Both the position numbers and the translations under genes were made by a program. From Anthoceros angustus (taxonomy: Eukaryota; Plantae; Anthocerotophyta): a stretch of 64,000 nt of DNA. Location of the stretch: positions 806,001-870,000 of the forward strand of contig VJWM01000063.1 in NCBI GenBank assembly GCA_010909165.1, in the 5' to 3' direction. Under the pieces are notes generated by a model. It ran no database searches and was not told the origin of the DNA. It saw nothing but the letters and a program-made list of their open reading frames with translations. Of the stretch, positions 24,728 to 39,000 are shown in pieces (within the stretch, counting starts at the first letter, position 1; the number at the start of each line of letters is the position of its first letter).

Positions 24728-27700
24728 GTGGAACGTAAAAAGTTTGGGCAACCGTCCAAACCGCGGGAGGGCGAACAAGTTTGATTTTTTTGGCTAAGAC
24801 GATTGAAGAGGAACATGCGAGGAAAACTTCAAGATCTTGGAACTAGAGGTGGAATATTGTTAGGAAGGCAAAAGGATATCCCAGGGAGGAAAAGCGGCGA
24901 CCCCGACGCAGGCGGAGGCGGTCAAAGGTTGGTGGTGGTGGACTACCAGTGGCTGCCACACTACGCCGTGCGAGTAAGGGAGCGGACGCGTAAGTGGCGG
25001 ACTACCATGAGGTGACAAATCTCGGCTAAAGGAAACTTAGAATAAAGGGGATATCCACTATATATGCTCATCAATAGGGATAAATATATAAAGTAATTAG
25101 CAAGAGATTAATTAGGATAGGAAAATAGGATTAGTATAGATAGGTTAGGATTTTGTGAATGATGCACGAATCTAGGGTTGTGCCGCGGTGGCGTCATCCA
25201 AGGAAAGTCTTTGGCGCAACTTCCTTCGAGCTGGCGAACTCACTTCCCAAAGGCGGGCTGGAGCGCAAAGAAGCCCGGAAGGAGAAGGCGCCATTGTCGT
25301 CGCTGCGACCCACGAGAGGAAGGCGGAGGAAGACCCCTAGTGGGAAAGGAGAAAAGGCGGCAGAGCGCTCAGGGCAGAAGCTCTTGAAGGGAAAAGGGAC
25401 ACATTGAAGGCATCAGCGGAGGCGAAGTTGGGCGCTGGAAGCAAAGGTGAAGGAGAGTGAGAGTAGAAGGAGGAAAATCGCGACCACTGGGCGCGGAGAA
25501 GAAATCAAGAGGAAAATCGGACGGAGGCTCAAGGCAGGCTAACGTGTGCTTGTGCTCGGTCAGTCGCCTGCGGGAAAGGAGTGTTTGGAGGTGAAGCTTG
25601 GAGCACTGCAAATTGGGAAGTAATCCTCTTTGCTAGGAGCGTGGTAAGGAAGGTGCCATGCCTCGAGTGGAAAAGGCAAGGGAAGGAGCCGCTGGCAAGG
25701 GCTCCTCCTCGCGAGGAGAAAAAGGAAAGAAAGCGGTGCGCCGCCGAGGAGGTGAACTTGTGATGCCCCAATTCACTTGCTTTGGGCGCAACCTCGAGAT
25801 TTGGTTGATTTTGGGCGGAGGAGGAGAACATCCAATTAGGATGGGTGTATGGCCGCCAATGGGCCTACACCAATTTGGAATTGATTGAGGTGTTACATCA
25901 ACCTCCATCAATCGGGCGCCTGCCGCTGGGAAGGAATGCTAGAACGGATCCCGTTGGTAGGATTCGACAGTGTATGGAGGCCGGAGGAAGAGAGCTCGGA
26001 ATTGCTCTCCTCGAAAGGTCAATGGAGGAAGAGGACAGCCCTCTCGACATCCCGCAAGTTCCTTGACATGATGGATGGAGGAGTGAAGGCCCACGCCAAG
26101 AATGGTGGAAGACCGAGAGCATCAAGGAGGAGTGAAGTGGAGGCTCTTCGCAAAGATTGTGCTGGGGTTGGTAAATTACCAACGCACTTCTTATTTCAGC
26201 AACTTCCTCCAATTTTGTGGAAGATTTCCATGGGAGCCAAGCGGATTGGGGACTATCATGTATGAAGCGTACATACACCATCGAGAGAAGCTCCTCAAGC
26301 CAAATTCGGTGGATGAGGAAGGCCAAGGCCATGCTACCTAGCACCTATTTGGTGCATTTATGGGAAAGCGAGGGACTCCTCACAAGCAAGGAGCTTGAAG
26401 ATGCATGGCATCCCTTTGAGGTCATCCATCTCCGAGGTTGGAAAGGCCTTTGCCTTTTGCATTGCGACGGTGGGAGGTCGACCTCCACAAAATGCTAGAA
26501 GCAAGAGGAGAAGGTCGGAGGCAACAAAGTTGCGGAGTGGGAATCCTTTCCCACGGGGCAAGCAAGGGAGAAGAGGAACGGCCGAGGAGGCCGAATGGTG
26601 GTCTATGAGAGAAGGACCACGGGAGGGGTGACCCCAAGGGGTGGGAGTCCCCACCATCTCCTTTGTGCCTACAGAGGCACCCCCTACCGGTGAGGCGGTC
26701 TACCCAAGGGGTGGGCGGCTCGTGGTAGGCGATCACCATGGTAGGTAGGCGGACTACCAGGGGGGCGCCTACCGGTGGCGGGCACCCCGCCGCCGCCAGC
26801 AAGCGACCTACGGTGGCGGGAAGGGAAGGAGAAGCGGCCAGGAGGCGCGGCGCCGAGCCACCATCTCCCGGGTGGGAGGCGGATGGAGCGGCAGTGAAGG
26901 GGCCGCGCCAGATGGCCCGAGTGCGGAGAGGCTGAGATTTCGCAAGAAGGCAGGAGGGGTGGGACCCCTAGGAGAATTCTTGGGTGCTTGTGAAGCACTC
27001 AGCGTGGATTTGAAGGGGCTAGGGACCTAGCAGCCTCCTTGTGGGCATGCAAGAGGAAAAGACATGGCGGAGGAAGGCGGGGACTAAGTGGCAATTGGGC
27101 CATGGAGTCCGATGAAAAGGCGGCGGAAAAATGAGAAGCTCCGGTACCTCATGACAGCCACGGAGAAGTCTTGGAGGGAAGTTGTCATGGCTCAAGAAGA
27201 AAGAGCCATTGCAACAACCCAAAAGGACTCTTGGAGGCAAAAGGCGGAGAGCATTTTGCCCAACAAGAGGAAGCAAAAAGGGGCTAGGAAGGGAGCGGCA
27301 ACTCGGCAAGTGGCCACAGCAGTGATGGCTACTCAAGCCATCAAAATCCGGGATATGGGAGAGAGTTGAGAAGGACCGGTTAATTTGGAAGAAGCGCGAA
27401 CCAGCGACTGCGAGCTGGGCGAAAAAGATGCTTGCAAGCGGAGAAGGAGGGCTTGCTCCGGCTAGACTGGAACAAGGAGGTCTCGGGAGGAGGCCACAAG
27501 AAGGTGGTGCAGAATCTTGGTAGTGAAGCGGCGATTTTGGATGCCCTTGAGGCAATTGGCCCGGCCTAAAGGTGAGGGAGGAGAATGTGACCTCCATGTC
27601 AAGGTGGGGAATTACCACCTCAAGGGACGCCTACAAGGTAGGTGTGAGGATGGAGAGTGGCCCACGATTGATGATCTCCAAATGCAATATCATAGCTTGG

Positions 27701-29260
27701 GGCTCACCTCCACAGATCTTGAAGGCCAACAATGAAGTCTACGTTGGCCAAGAGGAGGACATTGGGTCCTCATGATGATGATGAAGGAGGCTGCAACAAG
27801 TGCGGAGGCCTCCGATTTTGATGAGGCCATCGTGAAATGGACTCAGGAATCGAGGAGTCGGGAGGTGAGGAGCGGCCGTGGCGCAAGGGGTGGGAGGCGG
27901 AGGCAAGGAGGAGCCCACCTCAAGGGTCACCCTACCACGGTGGGTGACCACCTCAAGGGGCCTACAAAGGTAGGTGTGAGGATGGAGAGTGGCCCACGGA
28001 TTGATGATCTCCAAATGCAATATCATAACTTGGGGCTCACCTCCACAGGATCTTGAAGGCCAATGAGATCTTACGGTTGGCCAAGAGGAGGACATTGGGT
28101 CCTCATGATGATGATGAGCGCAACAAGTGCGGCCGGAGGCCTCCGATTTTGATGAGGCCATCGGTGAAATGGACTCAGGAATCGAGTCGGGAGGTGGAGG
28201 AGGCGTGGCGCAAAAGGGGTGGGGCGGAGGCGAGGGAGCCCACCCTCGGGGTCACCCTACCGGTGGGTGACCACCCTACCATGGTAGTCTGCGGACTACG
28301 TGGAGCCACACTGCCGGTGATGCGGACTGGGGTGCAGTGCCAGCGCAGGCTGATGGGGAGTTGGGCCGAGGCTGAAGATGAAGCCGGGGTCCGGTATACC
28401 CCCTAGAGGAGGCGGTTGGGTGGTGGGAGACAACCCCAGGAGACTAAGGGCGAGGTCCAGGCGTCGAGGAAGGAGGGTGAGAATTCCCTTATCCACGAGT
28501 AAGGGAGGAGGGACGAGGAGGAACAGAAGGGGCCGGAGAGTTAGGAGAGGATCATGGTGGCGGATGGGGATAGATCTTTTAGATGCTCTATGATAGGTAT
28601 GGACAAATCAAGCGAAGGCAAGAGCAATGAAGATCTTGACCAAGAAACCTCACCGGCGGAGGAAGAAGGAAGGAAGGAAGGAGATAGGGACTACCAGTGG
28701 TAGTCAACCCGATGGTCTGCCCGGTACCGCGGCATGAGTAGCGACCGACGGAGGCGGAGAAAAAAGCGCGCCGGAGAAGCGATTCGAGGCAGAGGAATCA
28801 GGCGCCGCGAGATGGAGGAAGGGGCAGATTGTACTTGCCCCACATTAGGAAGCGACAAGTGGAAGGGCAAGAGCAAAGGAGGGCGAGGGAGCCAATCCAC
28901 CACGGCCGTCACCTACCCAGTGAAGACTAGATATGGTCAAGACCATAAATGCTAGGTAGAAGAATAGGAAGGACGGTGATGTAACGACATCCTTCAAGGA
29001 TGGTCTTAGGTGAAGTTGCTAGAATAGAATTTACCAAGGAAGGACAATAGACTTAGGTGCCGGACATTAAATCTTGGCGGTAGGAAATAATAGAAATTGG
29101 AAAAGGTGACTGCGGTAGGGTCACCCAAGGGAGGTTGTATGTGGAAGGCCTCCTATAAGAGGAGGAGGATTTCACAAAGTAAAGTATCATGTCTTGCGCT
29201 TCCACGCTCGAGTCCTTTGCCATTCTGAGGAATTTCGTGCTGTGAGCCAACACGTCTAGT
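24728..29260 (+). mobile_element. Degenerate dispersed repeat family, copy 1; probable LTR-retrotransposon accessory-ORF region
   Basis: The 5' block 'gtggaacg.aaaagtttgggcaacc..gatttttttggctaagacgattgaag' recurs at 62559. The ORF remnant (RTDP..NG..KWRL..YEAYIHHREK..VDEEG..WHPFEV) is homologous to 49.0-51.1 kb and 63.5 kb. A 'cctataagagg' module occurs at 29152 and 52799. No RT or integrase seen. Confidence 0.55.
27612..28280. repeat. Tandem duplication of about 334 bp
   Basis: 'accacctcaaggg..aggtaggtgtgaggatggagagtggcccacg..gggtcctcatgatgatgatga' at ~27614 and ~27948. Confidence 0.85.
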
Positions 29261-30052
29261 AGAGAGGAAGTCGTGGTCGGAGTGCTTGGTGGAGGACTTG
29301 CTCACGCAAGTGCCTAACGAGTTGCTCCCCTTGTGAATGGTTCTTTGAAATTGCTTTGCTTTGGGTGTGTGGCAAATGCCGGAGAACTCTCGGCTTGAGG
29401 GTAGACTACGGGAAAGACTCCTGGAGGTTCATTGTCAGTGTCAAACTCAGCAACCGCCCAAGGAAGAACTTGCTGGTGGAGGCGGACCCAGGCGGTTGTG
29501 CAGTAAGGCGGTCGAAACCGAAGCCCAGGTTAGACTAGGAGGAAGAGGATGAGGAGATGAGAAGATGAGTAGAGGATTAGAGGTGTAGGTGTTAGTGGAA
29601 GGCCAGGCGAGCCTAAGGGCCAGAATCCAAATCTGCAAGTAAAGCGCTCCACAGGTGGAGAAGTGGTCTTAAGTAGGGACGAAATCGCGGTGTGGATCGG
29701 GGGTCCACAGGCTGATAGGCTCCCTGTTGCTAAGGCGGGACACCAATTGTTTGTCGTTGTAGGTCGGATTGGCGATTTTTGTGCAAGTGGTGCAGTGCTG
29801 TAAGAGGGAGTAGAGGCGCCTTGCTTGTTTAGAAGGTGAGAAGTGTGTCTCTGCGGAGTGTGATGGGCATCACAAGACCTCGAACTTTCACACAAGTCTC
29901 ATGGGAATGAAACCCAGCGTCTGAGCGGCGGTGGGATAAGTGTGGCCGCTATAGTGGGAGGACCTAGGGAGTGCCCCGGGTCTTCCCAAACCACACTTTT
30001 ATGAAAATAGGAGATGCATTGAGCAAGTTAGGAACAAACTGTCATAGTAAAT

Positions 30053-30522
30053 TCAGGAGTTCATATCCTGTTGTTGTCTGCTAGTCCACAAGAACCTGGC
30101 TATGTTTTGGCGAAGCTTGTCACCATCCACATTCATGTTGTTACAATGAATTGTTCGATAACCATCATCATGACCAGGCTCATCACTATCTGTTGCAGGC
30201 ATTTCACCCTTGTCAATGAGGACATTATGCAAGTAACAACAACACATCAAGATTGCCCATAACGAGTCCATGTTCGGTTTCCAAATGGTTCTCCTCAGCG
30301 TCTCCATGTTCCTTTAAGTTTCCCAAAAGCCCGTTCTACCACCATGCGTGATGAGGAATGCTTAAAATTGAAATTGTCCTTCTGGAGACATGCCTACAGG
30401 AAGGTGTCGATGTAAAAGCGATGGGTAGCCTGCATCGCCCACTATAAACTCTCGAACATTGAAGTTGTTGACTCTAATATGGTCCACGTTTAAGATTTCT
30501 CCTGCCATAGTTTTCCGATATA
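30053..30522 (-). pseudogene. ALP1-like PIF/Harbinger transposase (DDE_Tnp_4), 3' part
   Basis: REFIVGDAGYP; FNFKHSSSRMVVERAFGKLKGTW; WKPN..CCCYLHNVLID..HDDGY..C..LRQNI. It joins in frame to the 5' part once the Copia and one TSD are removed (SGLY|RKTMAGEILN). Confidence 0.88.
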
Positions 30523-30691
30523 TGTTAGGGTTCGTACTTAAATCCTAGTTAGTTAACCTCACCATGGTTAAGTTAGCCGTACCTTTAGGGTTAGTTACAA
30601 CACTTTATAAGACACACAATTTTGTATCTTAATTAATTTTCCTTTGTTTGCTCTTGCATATGTTTTTTCTTATGCTCTTCACATCGTGTCA
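30523..30691 (+). repeat. 5' LTR (169 bp)
   Basis: tgttaggg...cgtgtca; about 4 substitutions and 1 indel relative to the 3' LTR. Confidence 0.95.
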
Positions 30692-30704
30692 TGGTATTAG
30701 AGCC
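30692..30704 (+). other. Primer-binding site (tRNA-iMet type)
   Basis: TGGTATTAGAGCC directly after the LTR; one mismatch to TGGTATCAGAGC. Confidence 0.9.
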
Positions 30705-31965
30705 ACGCTCTGAATCTTCCGCTGCACTATTACTATAACTATGACACGTAGCTAAGATCATCTTGAGCATGACAAGCGAAACAGATTTTTCAGCAAATCA
30801 GAACATTCATCTCTGATAGATGTCGAGCTCTACTGACACCTCCGTCTCGCCTGCCTGCACACAACATGTCAAACTCTGACACCTAAGAATGCTAGATGAG
30901 TCCCAGCCTCGCCTTAAAATGTTTTGGAGGAACGTGGAGGCGCTAACAGCCTCCTTTCACGTTCCTCCAAGGGTTCTTTCTAGGCAGGAGAACCTCTTCT
31001 CACGAACTCCGGATTGCGTAGATAGATCCGTGTTAACAAAAGTGCCTTTCCGGTCAGCTTTCAAAGTCGAGTTGAAGCCGGGCTTCTACCGATTTCGCCA
31101 TCTTCTCACCTCGAATGAGCGCTGAAACCCTGTTAAAAGAGAAGACGAAGACGTAGAGGAGGGTTTTTCTCCTTCAAGAGGAGGACAAAGGATTGTATCG
31201 GATTCCTTAACTGCTGAACGACTCTTCCTTTGCCTGGAGATTGTGGAATCACTGCTGGCTCGTTTCATCATAGACACGCGATCCTCTCTAGTGGAAATCT
31301 CCTCCGACATTGAGACAGTTCGCAGAGAAGTGCTCAACGTTGCGAATGAATTGTCCTCCTTAACAATTCAGTTGCGCCCTGGACCAACCTCAGCAGTACA
31401 GCCTGCTGTAGCGCTATACCTTGATTCCCTCTTTCCTACACGGGAATGCACTGGTGCTAGAGCGCAGTGAGACTTAGGGTGCAGATGTGAAGCGACATCG
31501 CGCCATCGCCAGACATCGCGCCATCGCCAGACACCGCATAAGCTTGGATTCTAGCCTTCAATCGGCCTGATCAAGGTGCCTGTTGGGGAGGGTATCCAGC
31601 TGTACGCGACTGGTTCTGGTTGCCCAATTCTTTGTAGAGTTTGCACCTCTCCAAGTCTCACACCCCTGCACATTAGGTTTAAGATACCTGTTAGATTAAT
31701 GTCACGTGATTTTTCAGGTTTTTAGGGCGTCTAACTACCTGTTCGTTTAAGTTGCTCGTGCCTTTTCATGTAGAACGTTACAACGTTATGTTACCTCCCA
31801 TGTCGAACAAGTGCCAGTTCACTTTTGCACACATCTATCTTCCAATAGGTTATGTCTTTGTTTGATTCTAAGTGACACAGACTCGGAGTCCCTTGCTTGT
31901 ATTCTAGCCCACCCCTACCTGTTACTCTTGTGGTCATATCCGTTCCGGTATCTGCCCCCACCAAC

Positions 31966-34900
31966 ATGTCACCAACTAATCCTGCTCCTACAACTACCTC
32001 CGTAGGATCATCCTACTCTTGTGAGTTTAAGGAAAAGGACAGATTTGATGGGAAAGCTACCACATTTGAAAGTTGGAGGGCACGCATGAAGGCTAATCTC
32101 AATGCTCGCGACGTGTGGGAATACGCCAATGGTTCCCTCCCGGATCCTTCCAAAGTACCTCCTGGTGGAACACAACCCACGCAAGATGAGGTTGACAAAT
32201 GGAGGAAGGGCAACAAGATTGCTTTTGCGATCTTCTTTCATCGAGAACTTGATGAAACCAATTACAGGTGGAGTTTCCGACGGACGTGGAAACAATTCAT
32301 AGATTTGTACCAAGTACAAAATATTTTAACCTTGGTGGCTATTCGTAATGAGTTCCATGGACTGCGGTTGAAGGATGGAGATTCTGTTGGAGCACATGTC
32401 ACTAAGTTGCGCTATCTTCGAGCCCAGCTTGCATCCCTCAACAGTACAATCTCGGAGGTGGACATGACTACTCAGCTCATTGCCAGCCTCCCTGCCTCCT
32501 ATCAAACATTTGTGTCCAGCTAGAACGCTTCTCTCAGGGACTCATATGCTGTTGTGGCTGCTGGAAAACCTGCTACCATCAACTTCAACCAAGTTGTTGG
32601 TGCTCTTCTACAAGAAGAACAGAGTCGACATAAGACTGGTTCCAACAATCGCCTCAGAGGTGACAAGGTCCTTTACGCTGCAAGAGGTAAAGGCCCTTGG
32701 AAGGGGACAGATAAGAATAAGAAGGACAAGACCAGCAGCAGTGGCCAGAACAAGAACAACTTAACTGGATCCACTAAACGCAAGGGCAATTGCAAATGGT
32801 GTGCTATTCCGGGTCACTGGGAAAGAGACTGCCGGAAGAAAAAGCAGGGAGAGCCTAAGCGGGACTCCAGACCTGAAGAACATGTGACATCCAAAGCCAA
32901 TAAATCAGGTGGACAAAATCTTTCACACAAGAGCAGCAGTTCAGTGTTAACGGTGTGCCTTACCTCTTATCGAGAAACCTCTAACCATTGGTTTATCGAC
33001 TCTGGAGCTACTGCACATGTGTGTAATAATCGTCAGATATTTTCAGCTTATTGCAAGCAATCAACGCCACAATTAGTTTTTGTTGGAGACTCACGTGGCG
33101 TTGAGGTAAAAGGTGTAGGTGCTGTTGACATACCTTTGTTAGATGGCACCACACTGCATCTTGACGATGTTCTTTATGTTCCAGCGATGAGCAAAAATCT
33201 TCTGTCCATTAGAGCTGTTGCTCAGAGCAAGCAGTTTGGTTTTTGCTTTGAGGACAGAAAATGCTACGTGTATCACCTCACACAACCTGATAAGCACATT
33301 GCAAAGGCCATTCTAGTTAACGATTTGTATCAACTCGTGATAGTTTCAAAGTCCAAAGCTAGAGCCTTGTTTGCAGCATTCAACTTACAGGCTAACCTGT
33401 GGCATGCTAGACTTGGTCATGTCAATAGGTCCAAGCTAGATCTCATGTCAAAATCCAGTTTCTATCGAGAGAAGTTACCAAGTTGTTTTAAGCATCTCTC
33501 TGCTTGTGCTCCTTGCATTCTGTCAAAACAAAAAGAGCTTCCCTTTAGGAACAAGGAACCTAATAGGGCTAAAGCAATTCTGGAACTGGTTCATGCTGAC
33601 ATAGCAGGAAAGTTACCTGTGAAGAGCTTGGGTGGTGTAGAATACTACTTGTCATTGACAGATGATTTTTCAAGATACACTTGGACATATCAACTCAAAG
33701 CGAGAGTGATGTCTTTGGCGGATCTCTACGGATCCATATGGTTCAACGGCAATTTGGAAAATTGATAAAATTTGGACAGACAACGGGGAGTTCATAGGTC
33801 ACAAGTTTGATGACTGTTTGAGAAGCTTGCATAGTTGGCGGCTCTGTACCATATACACAACAATAGAACGGGGTTGCCGAAAGGAAGAACCAGACCTTAA
33901 TGGGGATGACTTGCAGCATGCTTTCATGGGCCTCCCTACCCAAGTCTTACTGGGCAGAGGTATAGTGGGCTGCATTACATGTTCTGGGTCACATCATGCT
34001 CCATTGTTCGACAAAACTCCCTATGAAGCTTTTTGGGGTAGAAAACCCAGCTTGTCTCATCGTGTTTTTGGGTCTCCCATGCCTACATACATGAAGCCAA
34101 ACGTGGTAAATTAGACAATAGGGCTAAAGCAATTACGGGCGGTTCATCTTGACATAGCAGGAAAGTTACCTGTGAAGAGCTTGGGTGGTGTAGAATACTA
34201 CTTGTCATTGACAGATGATTTTTCAAGATACACTTGGACATATCAACTCAAACTGAAGAGTGATGTCTTTGAGCAGATCTCTACCTGGATCCATATGGTT
34301 CAACGACAGACTGGAAAATTGATAAAAAAAATTTGGATAGACAACGAAGGGGAGTTCATAGGTCACAAGTTTGATGACCTGTTTGAGAAGCACTGCATAG
34401 TTCGACAGCTCTCTGTACCATATACACAACAATAGAACGGGGTTGCCGAAAGGAAGAACCAGACCTTAATGGGGATGACTTGCAGCATGCTTTCATGGGC
34501 CTCCCTACCCAAGTCTTCTTTGAAAGTAGTCATTTCTGCATTCACAACCGTCATCCGTCATGTCCATGTGACTCCTATGAAGCTTTTTGGGGTAGAAAAC
34601 CCAGCTTGTCTCATCGTGTTTTTGGGTCTCGACATGCCTACATACATGAAGCCAAACGTGGTAAATTAGACAATAGGGCTAAGCAGCTTGTCTGTGTGGG
34701 ATACTCTGAAGAGTCGAAAGCCTACGAGTTGCTGGATCTACATACCTCTAAAATCACGCTTGCACGCAGTGTTACACTTGACGAGCTTCGTAGTCCACAG
34801 ACCTCTCTGTTGCCCAATCCTTTACTTCATCCAGACCATACAGCTTCATCAGAACTTGTTGTTGACCCTCATGATTATCCACAGTGTCGCACGAGGTAAG

Positions 34901-37491
34901 CACTTGAATTCATATAAGCACTTCCTCGACCAACAACCAAGCAAACAAATCTAATACGCAGATATATAAGTGCAACCAATAACAACAGGAGGGAGTAGCT
35001 CGCACGTCGTGGCACAAACACACTCTTCCCACGAGAACAACACGCAAATTCCTCACACATCGCTCTCGGAGTCATAGCTTTGGCCTCCTCACTGGCGCTC
35101 TTGCATTGCATATCTAGAGGCCAAGCTATGATCTGAGCTTGTTCCTCAATGGAAGGGTCTATATATACTAGACCGCATTGGCATATTCCTAAGATATCCT
35201 ATTGGCATCGGCCTAAATATCCTAAGAATACACTATAATATGCAAGGAATATGCCCAAGCATATTACTTGAGCTTATCCACTTAGCTATTGCTAACCATG
35301 TTTAACACTAATCAATGCTTAATTAACATAAGCACATTAGATTAATTAACACTAATCAATGCTTAATTAACATAAGCACCTTAGATTAATTAACAGTAAT
35401 TACTTACTTAGAGATAAGTAATTAGATTAATTAATGCTAATCAAACACTAAACCCAAGTGCAGAGATTAGTATCACACGGCATGACAACAGTCAGATGGT
35501 GAAGCACCTACCTCCACAGATCATGCCGGTCAGGTCTGCAGGACTGCCTCCTCACAGGATGCGGCCGGACCTCTCCACACATTGCTGGTTATGAGGGGGA
35601 TGTCCGACCAGTCCAGGATAGAGTTGCTGCTGACCCTGCAGAGGAGGACTTTGATGATAGTTTAGGGTTCTCCTCTGATCATGATGACGAGCCTGCTGCA
35701 GTTTATATTCAAGATGACACTCAGGAGGACGATTACCCCGAGCCTCCTGTTCAACGGTTACAGGACACTGATCCTCCAAGGTATCCTACACGTGAGAGGA
35801 GGGCAAGAGAAAAATGGTCAGAGGCCCCATATCAGTCTATTGATTTCAGGAATTCAACTGCTCATGTCTTAGATTTACATGTTCCAGATGTTAGACCAGA
35901 TCCCCAGACTTACAATGAAGCTCTGAATGGGCCCGATGGTGACCATTGGTGGGCTTCTATTGACGATGAGTACAACAGTCTCGTAAAAAATAACACATGG
36001 GAACTCGCTGATCGTCCACCTGGCAGGAAACCAATCACTTGTAAATGGGTTTTCAAAACAAAGCTAAAGGCGGATGGCACAATTGCACGATACAAGAGTC
36101 GGTTAGTGGCCAGAGGGTTTTCTCAGATACCTGGAATTGACTATGGGGATACTTTTTCCCCTGTGGTGAAACCTCCCTCTGTCCGTATTCTCCTTGCACT
36201 TGCAGCATAACTTGATTTGGAACTCCATCAAATGGATGTCTGCACGGCATTCCTTCATGGTGAGTTGGAGGAGGTTCTTTACATGCTGCAACCAGAGGGT
36301 TTTGTTAGTAAGGAGTGGCTGAATAAGGTCTGTAAGTTACTAAAGACAATATATGGCCTTAAGCAAAGCCCTCGTGCCTAGTTTAAGCGGATTATGAAGT
36401 TTCTTCGCCAAGCCGGCTTTGTACAATCACCAGCTGACTCAAATGTGTTTTACTTAGCTGAGGATGGCTTGTTTGTGGTGCTGGCCCTTTATGTTGATGA
36501 CGCAATACTACTTAGTAACAGCACCACCCAGTTGGACAAGGTCAAGGCCCTTATGCGCAGTGAGTTCGAGATGACCGACCAAGGCCCGCTTCAGTTCTGT
36601 CTTGGTATACAAATTCTAAGGGATAGGTCACAGGTCACTGTTATTCTTCACCAAACGAAGTACCTCAAAGAGATTCTTAAGAGGTTTAACTTACATGATG
36701 CCAGGCTGGTCACTACCCCGTGTGTTGTTGGGGAAAAACTCACTCCTGATCAGTCACCCTCCACAGCAGAGGAGGTAGACCATATGCACAATGTTCCATA
36801 TGCTGAAGCTGTTGGGTGCCTGATCTTCTTAGCCAATTGGACATGCCCCGACATTAGCTTTGCAGTTAGTGTGGTTGCACAGTTTCTGAAAAATCCAGGT
36901 CCGGCCCACTGGGCTGTTGTCAAGCGTATTTACCGCTATCTTAAGGGTACAAGCAGCTATGGCCTTCACTACACCTCAAGTGGAAAGCGTGAGTTTGTCC
37001 TTACGGCTTTGGCAGACGCAGACTGGGCTTCAGATGCCAATACTCGACGAAGCCTCTCTGCATATGTTTGCCTCCTTGCTTCAGGTGCAGTGAACTGGTC
37101 CTGCAAGAAACAGACCTCATTAGCTCTATCCTCTACTGAAGCTGAATACAAAGCACTAACTGATGCTTGTAAGGAGTTGGAATGGGAAAGGCAGTTCTTG
37201 GACTCTATCTTCATGCCACAACCAGGAGCCACGCAGCTGCTCTGTGACAGTATGTCAGCAATCGCCCTTGTAGCCAATCCTAGGTTTCACGCACGAACAA
37301 AGCACATAAAACTGTACCATCAATACATAAGGGATGTAGCTGAACGGGGTGTTGCCAAAGTCCAGTATGTTAGCAGAGATGATAACACTGCAGATGTGCT
37401 CACCAAGGGACTGTCAAACTCCAAACAGTACAAACACATGGAAGCATTAGGGCTTCGAGAGTTCGAGCTACCTACTCTTGTTAGCTCCTAA
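31966..37491 (+). pseudogene. Copia gag-pol polyprotein, disrupted
   Basis: Gag (FDG..F.SW..M), zinc knuckle CKWCAIPGHWERDC, protease WFIDSGAT, LWHARLGH, integrase HADIAG/DDFSRYTW, RT YVDD, RNase H DADWA/SSTEAEY/RTKHI. In-frame stops (e.g. 32521, ~36208, ~36378) and an insertion are present. Confidence 0.95.
34885..35487. mobile_element. Solo LTR nested in Copia pol
   Basis: TGTC...GACA ends with a 4-bp TSD ACAG (34881-34884 / 35488-35491). Removing it restores the frame HDYPQ|SDGEAPT. It has an internal TATATATA and a ~44 bp tandem repeat. Confidence 0.85.
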
Positions 37492-38990
37492 TGAAGACAC
37501 CTGCTTTAGCTAGAGACAACACGTGTCCAGCGGCTTGCTAAATCTATGCTGCTGGTAATGTCCTTGTTGTGCTTTAGCTTCCTAGTCTGCAAGTGGTCAT
37601 AAACAAGGGAACAGCTTAGTGGATGAAGCCAACTGACAAATCTAGTCGTGGGCTACTCCCCAACTTCCACACTAAGATACAATCTCTACTTACTTTTCTC
37701 ACAAGGGAACGGATTATATGTGCTGCCAACTCCAGGTTCGTCACCAACTGTCCCGATAAATCCAAGTAACTCTAGCTCTTTTACAAGGTGCCTGACCTCT
37801 TCAACTGTGAGTGGGAACATACGAGGGATTCTTGGCGGAGCACTTGCTTATCGTGTCCTGCAAGCAGACCTCATTAGCTCTATCCTCTCAAGTGAATACA
37901 AAGCACTAAGCAGTGCTTGTAAGGAGTTGGAATGGGAAAGGCAGTTCTTGGACTCTATCTTCATGCCACAACTTGAGCCACTTGCCTGGATGATGTCGGC
38001 AATCGCCCTTGTAGCCAATCCTAGGTTTCACGACTTACGAACAAAGCATAAAACCTGCATCAATACATAAGGGATGTGGCGAGCAGGGTGTTGCCAAAGT
38101 CCGATGTTAGCAGAGATGATAACACTGCGGATGTGCTCACCAAGGACCTACAACCCAAACCGTACAAACACATGGAAGCATTAGGGCTTGAGAGTTCGAG
38201 CTACCTACTCTTGTTAGCTCCTAATGAAGACACCTGCTTTAGCTAGAGACAACACGTGTCCAGTGCTAAATCTATGTCTTGGTAATGTCCTTGTTGTGCT
38301 TTCCTAGTCCGCAAGTGGTCATAAATAAGGGAACAGTGGATGAAGCTATCGACAAATCTAGTGGGCTACTCCCCAACTTCCACACTAAGATACAATCTCT
38401 ACTTACTTTTCTCACAGAGCCGGATTATATGTCTTTGCCAACTGTGTTAAATGTGCATCCTGGATAAATCCAAGTAACTCTAGCTCTTTTACAAGGTGCC
38501 TGACCTCTTCAACTGTGAGTGGGAACATACGAGGGATTCTTGGCGGAGCACTTGCTATCAGGTCCTGCAGCTCCAAAACTCTGCACCTTGCCGACTTCAG
38601 CAGCTTCTCAACTTCCTCACACTTCTGCACAGTTTGAATCAAGTGGCAGATCAGGTTCATGTTAGCTTGGGTTGGCCAGTTTGCAGGCATCTTCACCAAC
38701 ATCTCTTCACAGCATCCAGAAGGATTCCTCAGCTAAGGAGGATCCTCTCGAGGCCCTTTCTGGCTGCTGGAAGCTCTGTCGTGCTTGTGCGCTATCTTGC
38801 CTTTCAGTGAGGCTCCGGTGACAAAGGCTATGCACAATATGGTGAAAGCGAGGGGGATACATATCTCCATCTCAGCCCAAAGCTCATGTTCTCCTTGCGC
38901 CCGCGTACGTCTTTCTGAAGCAATTCAAGCGACAGTCACGAAGCACTTGCATGCACTTGCATTTATACCTCCTTGTTAACCCTGTTCGGT

Positions 38991-39000
38991 TAAGAGGGGG
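38991..39000 (+). other. Polypurine tract
   Basis: taagaggggg abutting the 3' LTR. Confidence 0.85.

Noticed and set aside
30523-30595. Telomeric repeat remnants (TTAGGG/TTTAGGG)
   Set aside because: Isolated single units inside LTRs and promoter modules, not arrays.
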